Source of the DNA: an uncultured bacterium
Lineage (GTDB): Bacteria > Acidobacteriota > Thermoanaerobaculia > Multivoradales > JAHZIX01
Reading direction: 5' to 3'
Assembly (NCBI GenBank): GCA_965368975.1
Contig: CBDUPA010000013.1
Coordinates: 146,644 to 210,643, forward strand
DNA: 64,000 nucleotides
Shown here: piece after piece, positions 37,561 to 47,495 of the stretch
Layout: every line of letters begins with the position of its first letter
Position numbering within the stretch: position 1 is the first letter of the stretch
The notes under the pieces: generated by a model
Seen by the model: the letters and a program-made list of their open reading frames with translations, nothing else
The model's database searches: none
What the model was told of the DNA's origin: nothing
Translations under genes and position numbers: made by a program

Positions 37561-38205
37561 CTACTCGCGGTGCCGGAAGACGACGCAGAAGCGGTCTTCA
37601 TCGGCGTTCCAGTCTTCCAGACGTTCGACCGGCTCGAAGCCATCGAGCGCCATCTCGCGGATCAGGTCGTCAACGTCGATGCCGTGACCGCCGCGCTCGG
37701 GCACGCCGTCGAGCTCGCGCCAGTTGGTTTGCGGCTCGATGTCGAGGACGGCGATGCGACCGCCGGGACGCAGGGCCCGGGCCAGGCTGGCGCGCATGGC
37801 TACGGGATCGGTGAAGTGGTGATAGACCATGCGCAGCAGGATGACATCACAGCAGGCGTCGGGCAGGCCGGTGTCGGTGTCGGTGCCAAGCAGCACGGTG
37901 ACGTTGTCGAGACCTGCGTCTTCGACGTGCTGGCGGATCCTGGGGAGATCGTCTTCGTTCACCTCGGTCGCGAACACGTGGCCCTCGCCGACGGTTTCGG
38001 CTAGCGGCACGGTCCACTCCCCTTCCCCGGCGCCGACATCAGCGACCACCAGGGTGGGAGCGAGGTCGAGGACGGTGAGCAAACGCGTGACCTCGCTGTC
38101 ATCCTCCGCACGGCTAGCGATCGGAGTGCAAGCGGTGACGGCGAGCAGTACCAGGACGGCGGGCCAGGAACGTGCGGAGGCGAGGAGTGGACGTCTAGAA
38201 CTCAT
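37561..38205 (-). CDS. Class I SAM-dependent methyltransferase with lipoprotein-like signal
   Basis: VTAC lipobox; VADVGAGEG; DVILLRMVYHH; LRPGGRIAV. Confidence 0.85.
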   Translation of the reverse strand: MSSRRPLLASARSWPAVLVLLAVTACTPIASRAEDDSEVTRLLTVLDLAPTLVVADVGAGEGEWTVPLAETVGEGHVFATEVNEDDLPRIRQHVEDAGLDNVTVLLGTDTDTGLPDACCDVILLRMVYHHFTDPVAMRASLARALRPGGRIAVLDIEPQTNWRELDGVPERGGHGIDVDDLIREMALDGFEPVERLEDWNADEDRFCVVFRHRE

Positions 38206-38301
38206 TGGTGTCTCCCAAGTCGGATGACCGATCTTCCTCATGCTAGGAACCAGTCTCATGCTACGAACCAGCGGGGGCCACGTTGCATTCCGCATCGGCC
38301 G

Positions 38302-39291
38302 CTAGCGGGCAACCGAGGTCAACCAGGCCTGCAACTGAGCATCCAGGGCAGCGGGTTCGACGGCCAGGACCTCGAACAGCAGCTCCGGCTCGTAGTCCTC
38401 TCCCGCCGCCAACCTGTCGAGGAACGTGCGGAAGCGTGAACCGAGCTGTGCGTCGAGGAGCAGGAAGCGCACCAGCAGCGCGCTCTGCTCGTAGTCGAAA
38501 GACGGGTGCTCAGCATCGAAGTCGCCGCGGTGCCGGCGTAGCAGGCGTTCGACACTGCCCACTTGACCGTTCCGGTAGCCGTGCTGGAGCCGCGCGGCGG
38601 GACCTTCGACGCCGGCCAGGCCGGTCAAGGTGCCGGGACCGTCGAGGGTCGCGGGATCGCCGATGGCGTCGGCCAGGCCTTCGGACAGCCAGGGTGGCAG
38701 GTTGGGGCCGAGGGTGCGACGCTGGACGAGGTGCGCCAGCTCGTGCGCCAGGGTGGTGGCGTAGGAATCGTAGGGAGGCTCCCCGGCCCACATTGCCAGG
38801 TAGCCGCGCACCGGCCGGGCAAAACCGGCATAGCCGATGGCGACACGACCTTCGGTATGACTGAAGGTACGGAAGTCTTCGCCGTCAGCGAACAGCAGGA
38901 TCGCAGCCTTGGGTTCACCGAGCGGTTCGAGACCGAGGCGCACGGTGGTGGTGAGGTCGAGCTGGGCTCCGATCTTGGCGCAGGCGTCGAGCAGGCGCGC
39001 GTCGGTGACGTCGGTGAGCAGCTGGTACGGACCACAGCGAGCGTCGCGGGCGTCGGGGCCAAGGATGCTGCGGGCGGCGGCGAGGGCGTCGGGATGAGGT
39101 TCGACGGCGGGACGAGGCGCGCGCGGGCTCGGCGTATCGGAGGCCAGGGCGGCGGTTTCTTGCGTCGAGGGCGCGGAGATCGACTCCCCCTGTGGACTGC
39201 CCACGGGACTGCCGCACGCCGCCAGCAAGACGATCGTGACGATCCCCAGCAGGGCGTGAGTTGCGGACACGGGCTTAGATGGCTTTGGCAT
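38302..39291 (-). CDS. Lipoprotein with gluzincin-type metallopeptidase motif (DUF1570 / peptidase MA-like)
   Basis: LAAC lipobox; TLAHELAH...LPPWLSEGLAD; YEQSALLVRFL. Confidence 0.78.
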   Translation of the reverse strand: MPKPSKPVSATHALLGIVTIVLLAACGSPVGSPQGESISAPSTQETAALASDTPSPRAPRPAVEPHPDALAAARSILGPDARDARCGPYQLLTDVTDARLLDACAKIGAQLDLTTTVRLGLEPLGEPKAAILLFADGEDFRTFSHTEGRVAIGYAGFARPVRGYLAMWAGEPPYDSYATTLAHELAHLVQRRTLGPNLPPWLSEGLADAIGDPATLDGPGTLTGLAGVEGPAARLQHGYRNGQVGSVERLLRRHRGDFDAEHPSFDYEQSALLVRFLLLDAQLGSRFRTFLDRLAAGEDYEPELLFEVLAVEPAALDAQLQAWLTSVAR

Positions 39292-39402
39292 GCGTCGAAC
39301 CTTTCTGGCCCGAGTCTACGTCGAGAACTTCCGTCTCGTCAGCTTTCGACTGCTTTTCCGAACAATTTCATTACTCACAGATATTACATTCGACAACTAT
39401 TC

Positions 39403-39431
39403 TTGACGGATCTGTTTCACTTGGGTATGTT
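39403..39431 (+). promoter_or_regulatory. Candidate sigma70 promoter of the precursor-LanC-like operon
   Basis: TTGACG-N17-TATGTT in an AT-rich intergenic stretch. Confidence 0.55.
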
Positions 39432-39552
39432 GAGCAAGTCTCATCAAGATAACGCGCTCCACGAGATAAGGGGCCCTATATTCTGGCAGTCGGAACTTCC
39501 ATTCGTTCCCCAATGACTGATCCCCCCTAGGAATCCTGAAGGAGGAGTACCT

Positions 39553-39732
39553 ATGAAGCGTAAGCTGAAGAAGATGTCCCTGCGCACCGAGACGCTGCTG
39601 TCTTTGGAAGACAAGAACCTGCGCCGCGCCGGTGGTGGTGATGCGAGCGAGTGGAGCCACGCCATGTGGCCGGACAGCGGCACGTGCACCTATGGGGTTC
39701 ACGAGGGCGAAGAGATCATCGTCTACATCTGA
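39553..39732 (+). CDS. RiPP precursor peptide (59 aa, lanthipeptide-type double-glycine leader); not in the ORF track
   Basis: RBS GAAGGAGGAG; MKRKLKKMSLRTETLLSLEDKNLRRAGG-GDASEWSHAMWPDSGTCTYGVHEGEEIIVYI; 18 bp upstream of the LanC-like gene. Confidence 0.82.
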   Translation: MKRKLKKMSLRTETLLSLEDKNLRRAGGGDASEWSHAMWPDSGTCTYGVHEGEEIIVYI

Positions 39733-39750
39733 TCTAGGGACCGGCGGACC

Positions 39751-41061
39751 GTGAAGATGCCGAGCCAGGTTTCCAGCGTCGGAAGTCCGGCCTCGCTGCA
39801 CCTACCACCACCGGTCCGCCGGTCGGCCTTGATGACGGTCGAGGCGATCGCGGCGGATCTGCAACGCCTGGACGAGGGCGAGCAGCAGCAGATACCCGTC
39901 AACGCGTCTGCTCACCTGTGGCATCTCGCCAACCGGGCGCTGTTTTTCGCCTACCTGGGAATCGCTACGGACCGACAAGCCCCGCTCGACCAGGCGCTGG
40001 GCCTGCTCCAGAGGATCCTAGACGAGCTACCGAAGGCACAGCGGCTCAAGTCCTCGCTGTTCTACGGGGTATCTGGACTGGGCTGGACGCTGCACCACGT
40101 CGGTCGTCTCCTCGACGCGCACGACGATCAGCTGACCGAGGCACTGGACGCAGCGCTCGAGCAACAGCTGGCCGTGCCAGCACGACCAGGACGGCCCTAC
40201 GACCTGATGGATGGGCTCGTCGGAATGGGCGTGTATGCCTTCGAGGCGTCCCAAGAGTCCTTGCTGCACCGCGTCGTGGAACAGCTGCGGCACTGCGCGC
40301 AGACAGACGGTGACGGCGTCAGCTGGTGGGTGCCCGAACCCGTGCACCGCCCCGAAGCCGGCTCGGATACCGAGACGAGGCATCAACACAATCTCGGCCT
40401 GGCGCATGGCATCGCGGGTGTGATCGCTTTCCTGGCCGACGCCCTGACAGGCGAAGTCCTGCCGGAGACGACTGAACCGTTGTTGCGCGGTGCGGTCCGC
40501 TGGCTGTTGTCGCAAGGCCTCGACACAGACACCGCCCGTCGAGGTATCGAACCTGGACGCACCTTCCCCTGGTCCGTCATTCCGGGATTCACGCCTCACA
40601 TCAGCGGCTGGGACCCCGGTTGGGCCTATGCCGACAGCGGCATCGCCTGGGCCCTGCTGCGTGCCGCGCGCGTGCTGCGAGAGCGCGACCTGGAGCGTCG
40701 AGCCCTGGACGTCGCGCGGGCCGAGACGGAGCGACTGGCGGACATCCCGACGCGCAATCCGGGAATCGGCTACGGCCCGGCCGGCTTCGTGCTTCTCCAC
40801 CAGCGCTTGTGGCAGCAGACCGGCGACCCGGCATTTCAGCAGGCAGCACTGCAAGCCGTGGAGCAGCTCCTCGAACTGCGTAGTAGTAGCGCCGAAGAAA
40901 CGATCGGCGGCTTCTCCACCATCGATCCTCGCGGCGCCCGGCGTCCGGCCGACACCGGCTTGCTGGGTGGCGCCGCCGGCATTGGCCTCGTTCTGCTCAC
41001 CGCCCTGTTCGAGGTCGATGCGACCTGGGATCGCCTACTGCTGCTCTCGCCGCCCAGATAG
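39751..41061 (+). CDS. Stand-alone lanthionine synthetase C-like (LanC-fold) protein lacking Zn ligands
   Basis: SLFYGVSGLG, YDLMDGLVG, NLGLAHGIAG, GLLGGAAGIGL..L, WDRLLLLS; WCYG replaced by WAYA and CHG by GYG. Confidence 0.87.
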   Translation: MKMPSQVSSVGSPASLHLPPPVRRSALMTVEAIAADLQRLDEGEQQQIPVNASAHLWHLANRALFFAYLGIATDRQAPLDQALGLLQRILDELPKAQRLKSSLFYGVSGLGWTLHHVGRLLDAHDDQLTEALDAALEQQLAVPARPGRPYDLMDGLVGMGVYAFEASQESLLHRVVEQLRHCAQTDGDGVSWWVPEPVHRPEAGSDTETRHQHNLGLAHGIAGVIAFLADALTGEVLPETTEPLLRGAVRWLLSQGLDTDTARRGIEPGRTFPWSVIPGFTPHISGWDPGWAYADSGIAWALLRAARVLRERDLERRALDVARAETERLADIPTRNPGIGYGPAGFVLLHQRLWQQTGDPAFQQAALQAVEQLLELRSSSAEETIGGFSTIDPRGARRPADTGLLGGAAGIGLVLLTALFEVDATWDRLLLLSPPR

Positions 41062-41160
41062 CCGACCAGAGAACTCATGTTAGGCTTCAGTTCCTTCCCT
41101 TGACGCTGACTTTCACTCACCGGGTCCGGAACATCTCTAGCTCTAGCGGAGGATCCGTCC

Positions 41161-41589
41161 ATGTACAAGTTCGCACTCACCGCCATCTTCTTGGCTCTCA
41201 TCTCGCTCTCCCCCTTGACCGCCGAGGAATCGAGAGTCCAGGCCACGTTGGTCGAGCCGACCGTAAATCTCGACTTTGGCCTCGGTGACCCTGCTCCCGC
41301 GACAGCGTGTCAGGATCCTTCGTCGACGACGACCCTGTGCATCGGCGACCAGATGTGCCACGGCCAGAACTTCTGGGCCTTTCCGAATGGAACCACGGGT
41401 GAAGAATGCACCGGTGGGCTCGAGCTGATGACCCTCGACAGCGTGCCTCAAGCCTGCATCGCGGCGAGCGCCATGTCGGAACCGACAATTTGTAACAGCG
41501 TGTGCACCGAAGTCGACATGCGCGAGGACGACTCCAAAACGTCCAAGTGCTGTACCTACAAGAAGACGCGCATCTGCGACCCTGACTGA
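41161..41589 (+). CDS. Secreted cysteine-rich small protein (10 Cys), unknown function
   Basis: RBS GGAGG; signal peptide MYKFALTAIFLALISLSPLTA; 10 Cys including a CC pair. Confidence 0.75.
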   Translation: MYKFALTAIFLALISLSPLTAEESRVQATLVEPTVNLDFGLGDPAPATACQDPSSTTTLCIGDQMCHGQNFWAFPNGTTGEECTGGLELMTLDSVPQACIAASAMSEPTICNSVCTEVDMREDDSKTSKCCTYKKTRICDPD

Positions 41590-41706
41590 TGGGCCTATGG
41601 GGCGCGAGACCATGGAGTTTCCGCCCCCTGAGGCTTTGTGGTAGAACCAAGGCAGACCTTCGGGCCTTCCCGCGCCCAATTTCTCTCTCATCAGGAGATC
41701 TGCCAC

Positions 41707-44700
41707 ATGCGTGCTGCCTCGCCCTCGTCGCTGCTTGCCCCTACCCTGCTTGCCCCTGCGCTGCTAGCCCCGACTCTGCGGGTTGGCCTTCTGGCCGCGG
41801 CGCTCACCTTGGTGCCACTAACGCACGCTGAGGCTCAGGTACCCACGGGGGCGACGTCGACCGCCGGTACTCTCGCCTTCGACCCCGACAGCTTTGGCGG
41901 CTTCGACCGCGGCGGGTTGCACTGGCGTCACGTGGGTCCGTTCCGTGGCGGTCGCTCGACGGCGGCAACGGGCATTCCTGGCGATCCGAACACCTACTAC
42001 TTCGGTGCCACCGGTGGTGGTGTGTGGAAGACGACGGACGCGGGGCGCAACTGGCGCAATGTGTCGGACGGCTTCTTCGGCGGCTCGATCGGTGCCGTCG
42101 CGGTGAGCAGCTGGGATCCGAACGTGATCTATGTCGGCGGCGGTGAGAAGTCGATGCGCGGCAACGTGTCCCACGGTTCAGGCATGTGGAAGTCGACCGA
42201 CGCCGGGGCTACCTGGACCTCGATCGGCCTCACGGACGCGCACCACATCCCGCGCGTGCGCATCCACCCGCGCAATCCAGACCTGGTCTACGCCGCCTTG
42301 CTCGGCCGGCTGTATGGGTCGAGCGACACGCGCGGCGTCTACCGGTCGAAGGACGGTGGCACGACCTGGCAGCGTATCTTGTTCTCCAACGCAGACGCCG
42401 GCGCCTACGAGTTGGTGATGGACCCGAACAACCCGCGGCGCCTGTTCGCCACCTTCTGGCGCGTGCGCCGGACGCCGTTCAGCCTGTCGAGCGGAGGCGA
42501 GGGCTCGGGCATCTGGCGCTCGACCGACGGCGGCGACACGTGGGAAGAGCTGAGTTCCAACAAGGGACTGCCCGAGGAGCCGCTGGGCATCATCGGCCTG
42601 GACGTCTCCCCGGCCGATCCGAACGTGGTCTACGCGATCGTCGAAGCCGGTGAGGGCGGGCTGTACCGCTCGGACGACGGCGGCGACACCTGGCGCCGCA
42701 CGTCGGACAGCGCCTCGATCCGCCAGCGTGCCTGGTACTTTTCGCGCGTGGCGGCGGACCCGCACGACCCGAACACCATCTGGGTGCTCAACGTGCAGTT
42801 GCACGTGTCGCGCGACGGCGGACGCAGCTTCCGCACCGTCTCGACGCCACACGGCGATTACCACGATCACTGGATTGCCCCCGAGGATCCGCGGCGCATG
42901 ATCTCGGCCAACGACGGTGGTGCCTGCATCAGCTTCGACGGCGGTGCGACCTGGTCGACGCAAGAAAACCAGCCGACGGTGCAGTTCTACCGCCTGCACG
43001 TCGACAACCAGGTGCCCTACCGGCTCTACGGTGCGCAGCAGGACAACAGCACCTTGCGCATCGCCTCGCGCGGTCGCGGTGCCGGCATCACACGCCAGGA
43101 TTGGCAGATCACCGCGGGGGGCGAGAGCGGTTTCGTCGTGCCCGATCCGGACGACGCCGAGGTCGTCTACGGCGGCTCCTACGGTGGCTTCCTGTCGCGT
43201 CTCGACCACCGCACCGGCCACGAACAAGTGATCAGCGTCTGGCCGGAGAACCCGATGGGAGCCGCGGCCGGCGATCTGACCTATCGCTTCCAGTGGAACT
43301 TCCCGATCTTCTTCTCGCCGCACGACGCGGACAAGCTCTACGCCGCCGCCAACGTGCTGTTCATGAGCACCGATGAAGGACGCAGCTGGTCGGCGGTCAG
43401 CCCCGACCTGACGCGCGCAGATCCAGCGACGCTGGGAGCCTCCGGCGGTCCGATCACCAAGGACAACACCAGCGTCGAGTACTACGGCACCATCTTCGCC
43501 GCGCTCGAGTCGCCGCACGAGGCTGGCGTGCTGTGGACCGGCTCGGACGATGGCTTGCTACAGGTCTCGCGCGACTTCGGCGCGACCTGGAACGATGTCA
43601 CGCCGGCCAACTTGCTGCCGCGCAACGTCATGATCAACAGCCTGGAGTCGCACCCGAGCGAATCGGGAGGCCTCTACGTCGCTGCCACCGCGTACAAGAG
43701 CAACGACTTCCGTCCCTACCTGCTCAAAACCACCGACTACGGCGCCACCTGGACCACGATCACGCGCGGCATCCCAGACGACCACTTCACCCGCGTCATC
43801 CGCGCCGATCCCGAGCGTCCGGGCCTGCTGTTCGCCGGCACGGAGGCGGGCGTCTACGTCTCGTTCGACGATGGCGCACGCTGGCAGTCGCTGCAGCTGG
43901 ACTTGCCGATCGTGCCGATCACGGACATGGCGGTCACGTCAGCGCCCGGGCAGAACGGCGACCTGGTGGTGGCGACGCAGGGTCGTGGCTTCTGGATCCT
44001 CGACGACCTCAGCCCACTGCGCCAGTTGACGCCGGCAGTCCTGGCCAAGGATGTGCACCTGTTCACGCCGCGACCGGCGCTACGCTGGATCGCCCCCGGC
44101 TCGCCGACGCCGGACGGCAGCGCCCGCGGCGAGAACGGACCCGCGGGTGCCGAGATCCACTTCTACCTCAGCCAGACGGCGCTCGAGAGCGGCGCCGACG
44201 GCACGACTCCCGAAGTGCGCATCGAGATCCTGGAAGGCAACGGCACCGTCGTGCACAGCTTCTCGAGCGTCGAGGCGGAGCGCGACGAGAGTGTCACCCC
44301 CTCGATTCCCGATCCTGGTCAGCCGCCGCTCGTCCCCACCGAGCCGGGGCTGAACCGCTTCGTCTGGGATCTGCACTACCCGGGCTATGCGTTGCTCCCC
44401 GGCATGGTGCTGTGGGGTGCCGAGACTGCAGGTCCTATGGCGCTGCCGGGGGACTACCTGGTGCGTTTGAGCGTCGGTGAGACGTCGACCACGGCGCAGC
44501 TGAGGATCGATCCCGACCCGCGCCTGGACGTCACGCCGGAAGCCCTGCGTGACCAGTTCGCCTTCCTGATCGAGGTGCGCGACAAGCTCGACGAGACGCA
44601 CGACGCCATCGCCCACCTGCGCGCCACACGGGAGCAAATCGACGGCTTGCTCGGACGCTTGGACTCGGAGGGCGCGGGCCCTGATGCAGGCACCCTGCAG

Positions 44701-45021
44701 GGGCTGCGCGCGTCAGGCGAGACCCTGGTCGAGCGCCTGAGCGCGATCGAAGAAGCGCTCTACCAGACCCAGAACCGCAGCGTCCAGGATCCACTCAACT
44801 ACCCGATCCGGCTCACCAACAAGCTGGCCAGTCTGGCCAGTGGCGTCGCCCGTGGTCACCACCGACCGACGGCGCAGGCTGTGTTGGTCAAGGATCGCCT
44901 CAGCACCGCGATCCAAGCCCAGTTGAACGCGCTGCAGCAGGTGCTCGACACCGACCTGCCGGCCTTCAACCAGCAGATCCGCGATGCGCGCGTGCCGGCG
45001 ATTCTCTCGACCTCCCGTTGA
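41707..45021 (+). CDS. VPS10/sortilin-like BNR-repeat glycosyl hydrolase family protein
   Basis: WRHVGPFRGGRS, repeated S.DGG.TW Asp-boxes, HGDYH, GAQQDN; RBS AGGAG before ATG 41707. Confidence 0.9.
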   Translation: MRAASPSSLLAPTLLAPALLAPTLRVGLLAAALTLVPLTHAEAQVPTGATSTAGTLAFDPDSFGGFDRGGLHWRHVGPFRGGRSTAATGIPGDPNTYYFGATGGGVWKTTDAGRNWRNVSDGFFGGSIGAVAVSSWDPNVIYVGGGEKSMRGNVSHGSGMWKSTDAGATWTSIGLTDAHHIPRVRIHPRNPDLVYAALLGRLYGSSDTRGVYRSKDGGTTWQRILFSNADAGAYELVMDPNNPRRLFATFWRVRRTPFSLSSGGEGSGIWRSTDGGDTWEELSSNKGLPEEPLGIIGLDVSPADPNVVYAIVEAGEGGLYRSDDGGDTWRRTSDSASIRQRAWYFSRVAADPHDPNTIWVLNVQLHVSRDGGRSFRTVSTPHGDYHDHWIAPEDPRRMISANDGGACISFDGGATWSTQENQPTVQFYRLHVDNQVPYRLYGAQQDNSTLRIASRGRGAGITRQDWQITAGGESGFVVPDPDDAEVVYGGSYGGFLSRLDHRTGHEQVISVWPENPMGAAAGDLTYRFQWNFPIFFSPHDADKLYAAANVLFMSTDEGRSWSAVSPDLTRADPATLGASGGPITKDNTSVEYYGTIFAALESPHEAGVLWTGSDDGLLQVSRDFGATWNDVTPANLLPRNVMINSLESHPSESGGLYVAATAYKSNDFRPYLLKTTDYGATWTTITRGIPDDHFTRVIRADPERPGLLFAGTEAGVYVSFDDGARWQSLQLDLPIVPITDMAVTSAPGQNGDLVVATQGRGFWILDDLSPLRQLTPAVLAKDVHLFTPRPALRWIAPGSPTPDGSARGENGPAGAEIHFYLSQTALESGADGTTPEVRIEILEGNGTVVHSFSSVEAERDESVTPSIPDPGQPPLVPTEPGLNRFVWDLHYPGYALLPGMVLWGAETAGPMALPGDYLVRLSVGETSTTAQLRIDPDPRLDVTPEALRDQFAFLIEVRDKLDETHDAIAHLRATREQIDGLLGRLDSEGAGPDAGTLQGLRASGETLVERLSAIEEALYQTQNRSVQDPLNYPIRLTNKLASLASGVARGHHRPTAQAVLVKDRLSTAIQAQLNALQQVLDTDLPAFNQQIRDARVPAILSTSR
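41731..41775 (+). repeat. 3 x 15-bp tandem repeat (LLAPT/LLAPA/LLAPT) in the signal region
   Basis: CTGCTTGCCCCTACC CTGCTTGCCCCTGCG CTGCTAGCCCCGACT. Confidence 0.7.
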
Positions 45022-45120
45022 CGAGACGCCCGTTGAACTAGCTGCCCCAGAGAAGCAAGAGATCGATCCAGAGAGAAACTGGCAGCGCTACCGCTCTCGA
45101 CCCGCTGTCATGGAGACCTC

Positions 45121-47025
45121 ATGACCACCACCCCCGACTCCCCTACCGTCGCACCTGACGTCGCACCCAACGTCGCATTGGCTCGACTGCAGCCCACCGG
45201 CTGGGACCTTTCCGACCTCCTGCCCAACCCGCAGGCCGGCCTCGATCTACTGCACGAGCTGCGCGAGCGCGTCGCAGCTTTCGAGGCCCGGCGCCCCGAG
45301 CTGCAGCCGGAGATGGAGCCGGGCCACCTGCTCGACCTGCTGCGCGAGTATGAGCAGCTGCAGATCGACATGGATACGGTGAGCGTCTACGGCAGCCTCT
45401 GGTTCGCCTCGGACACGCAGTCGTCAGCCGCGCTCAACTACCAGAACCGAGTCGACCAGGCGCTGACCGAGTTCGACAACCGCCTGCTCTTTTTCACCCT
45501 CTGGTGGCGCTCGCTCGACGACGCCGAGGCCGATCGACTGCTACCCGCAGCCTCGCAAGACCTATCGAGCCAGCGCCCGAGCCAGCAAGAGCTGGACTAC
45601 CGCCAGTATCTGACGAAGCTGCGCCTGTGGCGGCCGCACACGCTGGGCGAAGAACCCGAGAAGATCATCAACCTGAAGGACTCGGCCGGCATCGACACCA
45701 TCTTGACCCTCTATTCCGTGCTCACCAACCGCATGGAGTTCCACCTTACCTTGCCGGCCCCATCCGGCGAACCGGCCGGCGAACCGATGGTGCTCAACCG
45801 CGCGCAGCTGATGACCTACGCCGTGTCGCCGGACGCCGCGACGCGCGAGGCCGCGTACCGCGAGCTGTACCGGGTCTACCAGGCGGAAGAGAATCTGATC
45901 GGCCAGATGTACGCGGCGCGCGTGCGTGACTTCTACCACGAGAACGTCGAGCTCCGTGGCTTCGAGTCGACGATGCACGTGCGTCACTTACTCAACCAGG
46001 TGCCGCCGGCTGCCGTCGACACGCTGCTCCAGGTGATACGTGAAGAAAGCGGCATCTTCCACCGCTACTTCGACCTCAAGGCTCGGTGGCTGCACGAGCA
46101 GGGAGCGGGCGACGGCAAGTTGACGCGCTTCGACATCTACGCGCCACTGTCGACCGAGCAGAAGGAGCAGCCCTGGGACGAGGCGGTCGAGCTGGTGCTC
46201 GATACGTTCCAGCAGTTCCATCCGCGCTTGGGCGAGGCGGCGGCGCGCGTGCTCGACGAGCATCACATCGACAGTGAGATCCGCAAGGGCAAGCGCGGCG
46301 GTGCCTTCTGTAGCTCAGTGCGCCCCGGCCTGACACCCTGGGTGCTGGTCAACTTCACCGGCCGCGTGCGCGACGTCGCCGAACTGGCGCACGAACTGGG
46401 CCACGCGGTGCACGGTGTGCTCGCTGGCGGCCACTCGCGCCTCGCCTACAGCTCGTCACTGTGCCTGTCCGAGACCGCCTCGGTGTTCGGTGAGATGCTG
46501 GTCACCGACCGCCTGCTGGCCAGCGAGCAGGATCCGGCAGCGCGCCGCGACCTGCTGCTCGAACTGATCTCCGAGATCTACGCCACCGTCCTGCGTCAGG
46601 CCTACTTCGTGCTCTTCGAGCAAGCCGCGCACAAAGCCGTGCTCGACGGCGCATCGGTGCCCGACTTGCATGCGCTGTACCTGCAGAACCTGCGTGAGCA
46701 GTTCGGCGACAGCGTCGAGGTCGACGAGATCTTCCAGCACGAGTGGCTGGTCATCCCGCACATCTACAACCGCCCCTTCTACTGCTACGCCTACGCTTTC
46801 GGGCAACTCCTGGTACTGGCGCTCTACCGCCGCTACCAGGAGGAAGGCGAGAGCTTCAAGCCCAAGTATCTGAAGATCTTGGAGTACGGTGGCTCGGCGC
46901 CACCCGAAACGATTCTCGCGGAAGCCGGCATCGACGCCACCGATCCGGCCTTCTGGCGCGGCGGCTTGCGCGTGGTCGAGGAATTGATCGACGAACTCGA
47001 AGCGGTCGCGGCACAGATCTCATGA
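45121..47025 (+). CDS. pepF: M3B oligoendopeptidase F family peptidase
   Basis: WDLSDL, KGKRGGAFC, LAHELGHAVH, SETASVFGE, IPHIYNRPFYCYAYAFG. Confidence 0.92.
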   Translation: MTTTPDSPTVAPDVAPNVALARLQPTGWDLSDLLPNPQAGLDLLHELRERVAAFEARRPELQPEMEPGHLLDLLREYEQLQIDMDTVSVYGSLWFASDTQSSAALNYQNRVDQALTEFDNRLLFFTLWWRSLDDAEADRLLPAASQDLSSQRPSQQELDYRQYLTKLRLWRPHTLGEEPEKIINLKDSAGIDTILTLYSVLTNRMEFHLTLPAPSGEPAGEPMVLNRAQLMTYAVSPDAATREAAYRELYRVYQAEENLIGQMYAARVRDFYHENVELRGFESTMHVRHLLNQVPPAAVDTLLQVIREESGIFHRYFDLKARWLHEQGAGDGKLTRFDIYAPLSTEQKEQPWDEAVELVLDTFQQFHPRLGEAAARVLDEHHIDSEIRKGKRGGAFCSSVRPGLTPWVLVNFTGRVRDVAELAHELGHAVHGVLAGGHSRLAYSSSLCLSETASVFGEMLVTDRLLASEQDPAARRDLLLELISEIYATVLRQAYFVLFEQAAHKAVLDGASVPDLHALYLQNLREQFGDSVEVDEIFQHEWLVIPHIYNRPFYCYAYAFGQLLVLALYRRYQEEGESFKPKYLKILEYGGSAPPETILAEAGIDATDPAFWRGGLRVVEELIDELEAVAAQIS

Positions 47026-47495
47026 CACCGCTGGAGCGTGGCGAGACGGTCTCGCTCGGCGTCGCAATCGTCGCGGGCCTACTCGGCTTGCTGACCAGCG
47101 TCGGTTTCGGCCCGCTGCCACTGATGCCCTCCTGGGTCGCCTGGGCGTTGCACCCGGTGATGTTGCTCGTCGGTGGCGCCGCGGGCGTGCTGGCGGTGCG
47201 CCGTATCCAGCAGATCGAAGAGGTCCGCTGGCAAATCGCCAACCAAGAGCTCGTGACCCAGGCAGAAGTCGACCACGCCCACCGCGAGGCCGAGCGTCAA
47301 CGCCGCTATGCCGGCACCGTCTACCTGCTGGCACCGCTCATGTTGGGCTATTGGGGTGCCTACCAGGTCGAGAGTGACGGCGCCTTGACGCTCGCTGGCT
47401 TGCTGCTGGTGACGCCGTTCGTCGGCTTCGGCCTGGGTCTCGGCCTGGAACTGCTACGCCAGCGGCGTCTTGCTGACGCCCCCGGCTTCAAGTAG
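47022..47495 (+). CDS. Hypothetical 4-TM membrane protein
   Basis: ATGA overlap with pepF stop; four hydrophobic segments. Confidence 0.7.
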   Translation: MTPLERGETVSLGVAIVAGLLGLLTSVGFGPLPLMPSWVAWALHPVMLLVGGAAGVLAVRRIQQIEEVRWQIANQELVTQAEVDHAHREAERQRRYAGTVYLLAPLMLGYWGAYQVESDGALTLAGLLLVTPFVGFGLGLGLELLRQRRLADAPGFK

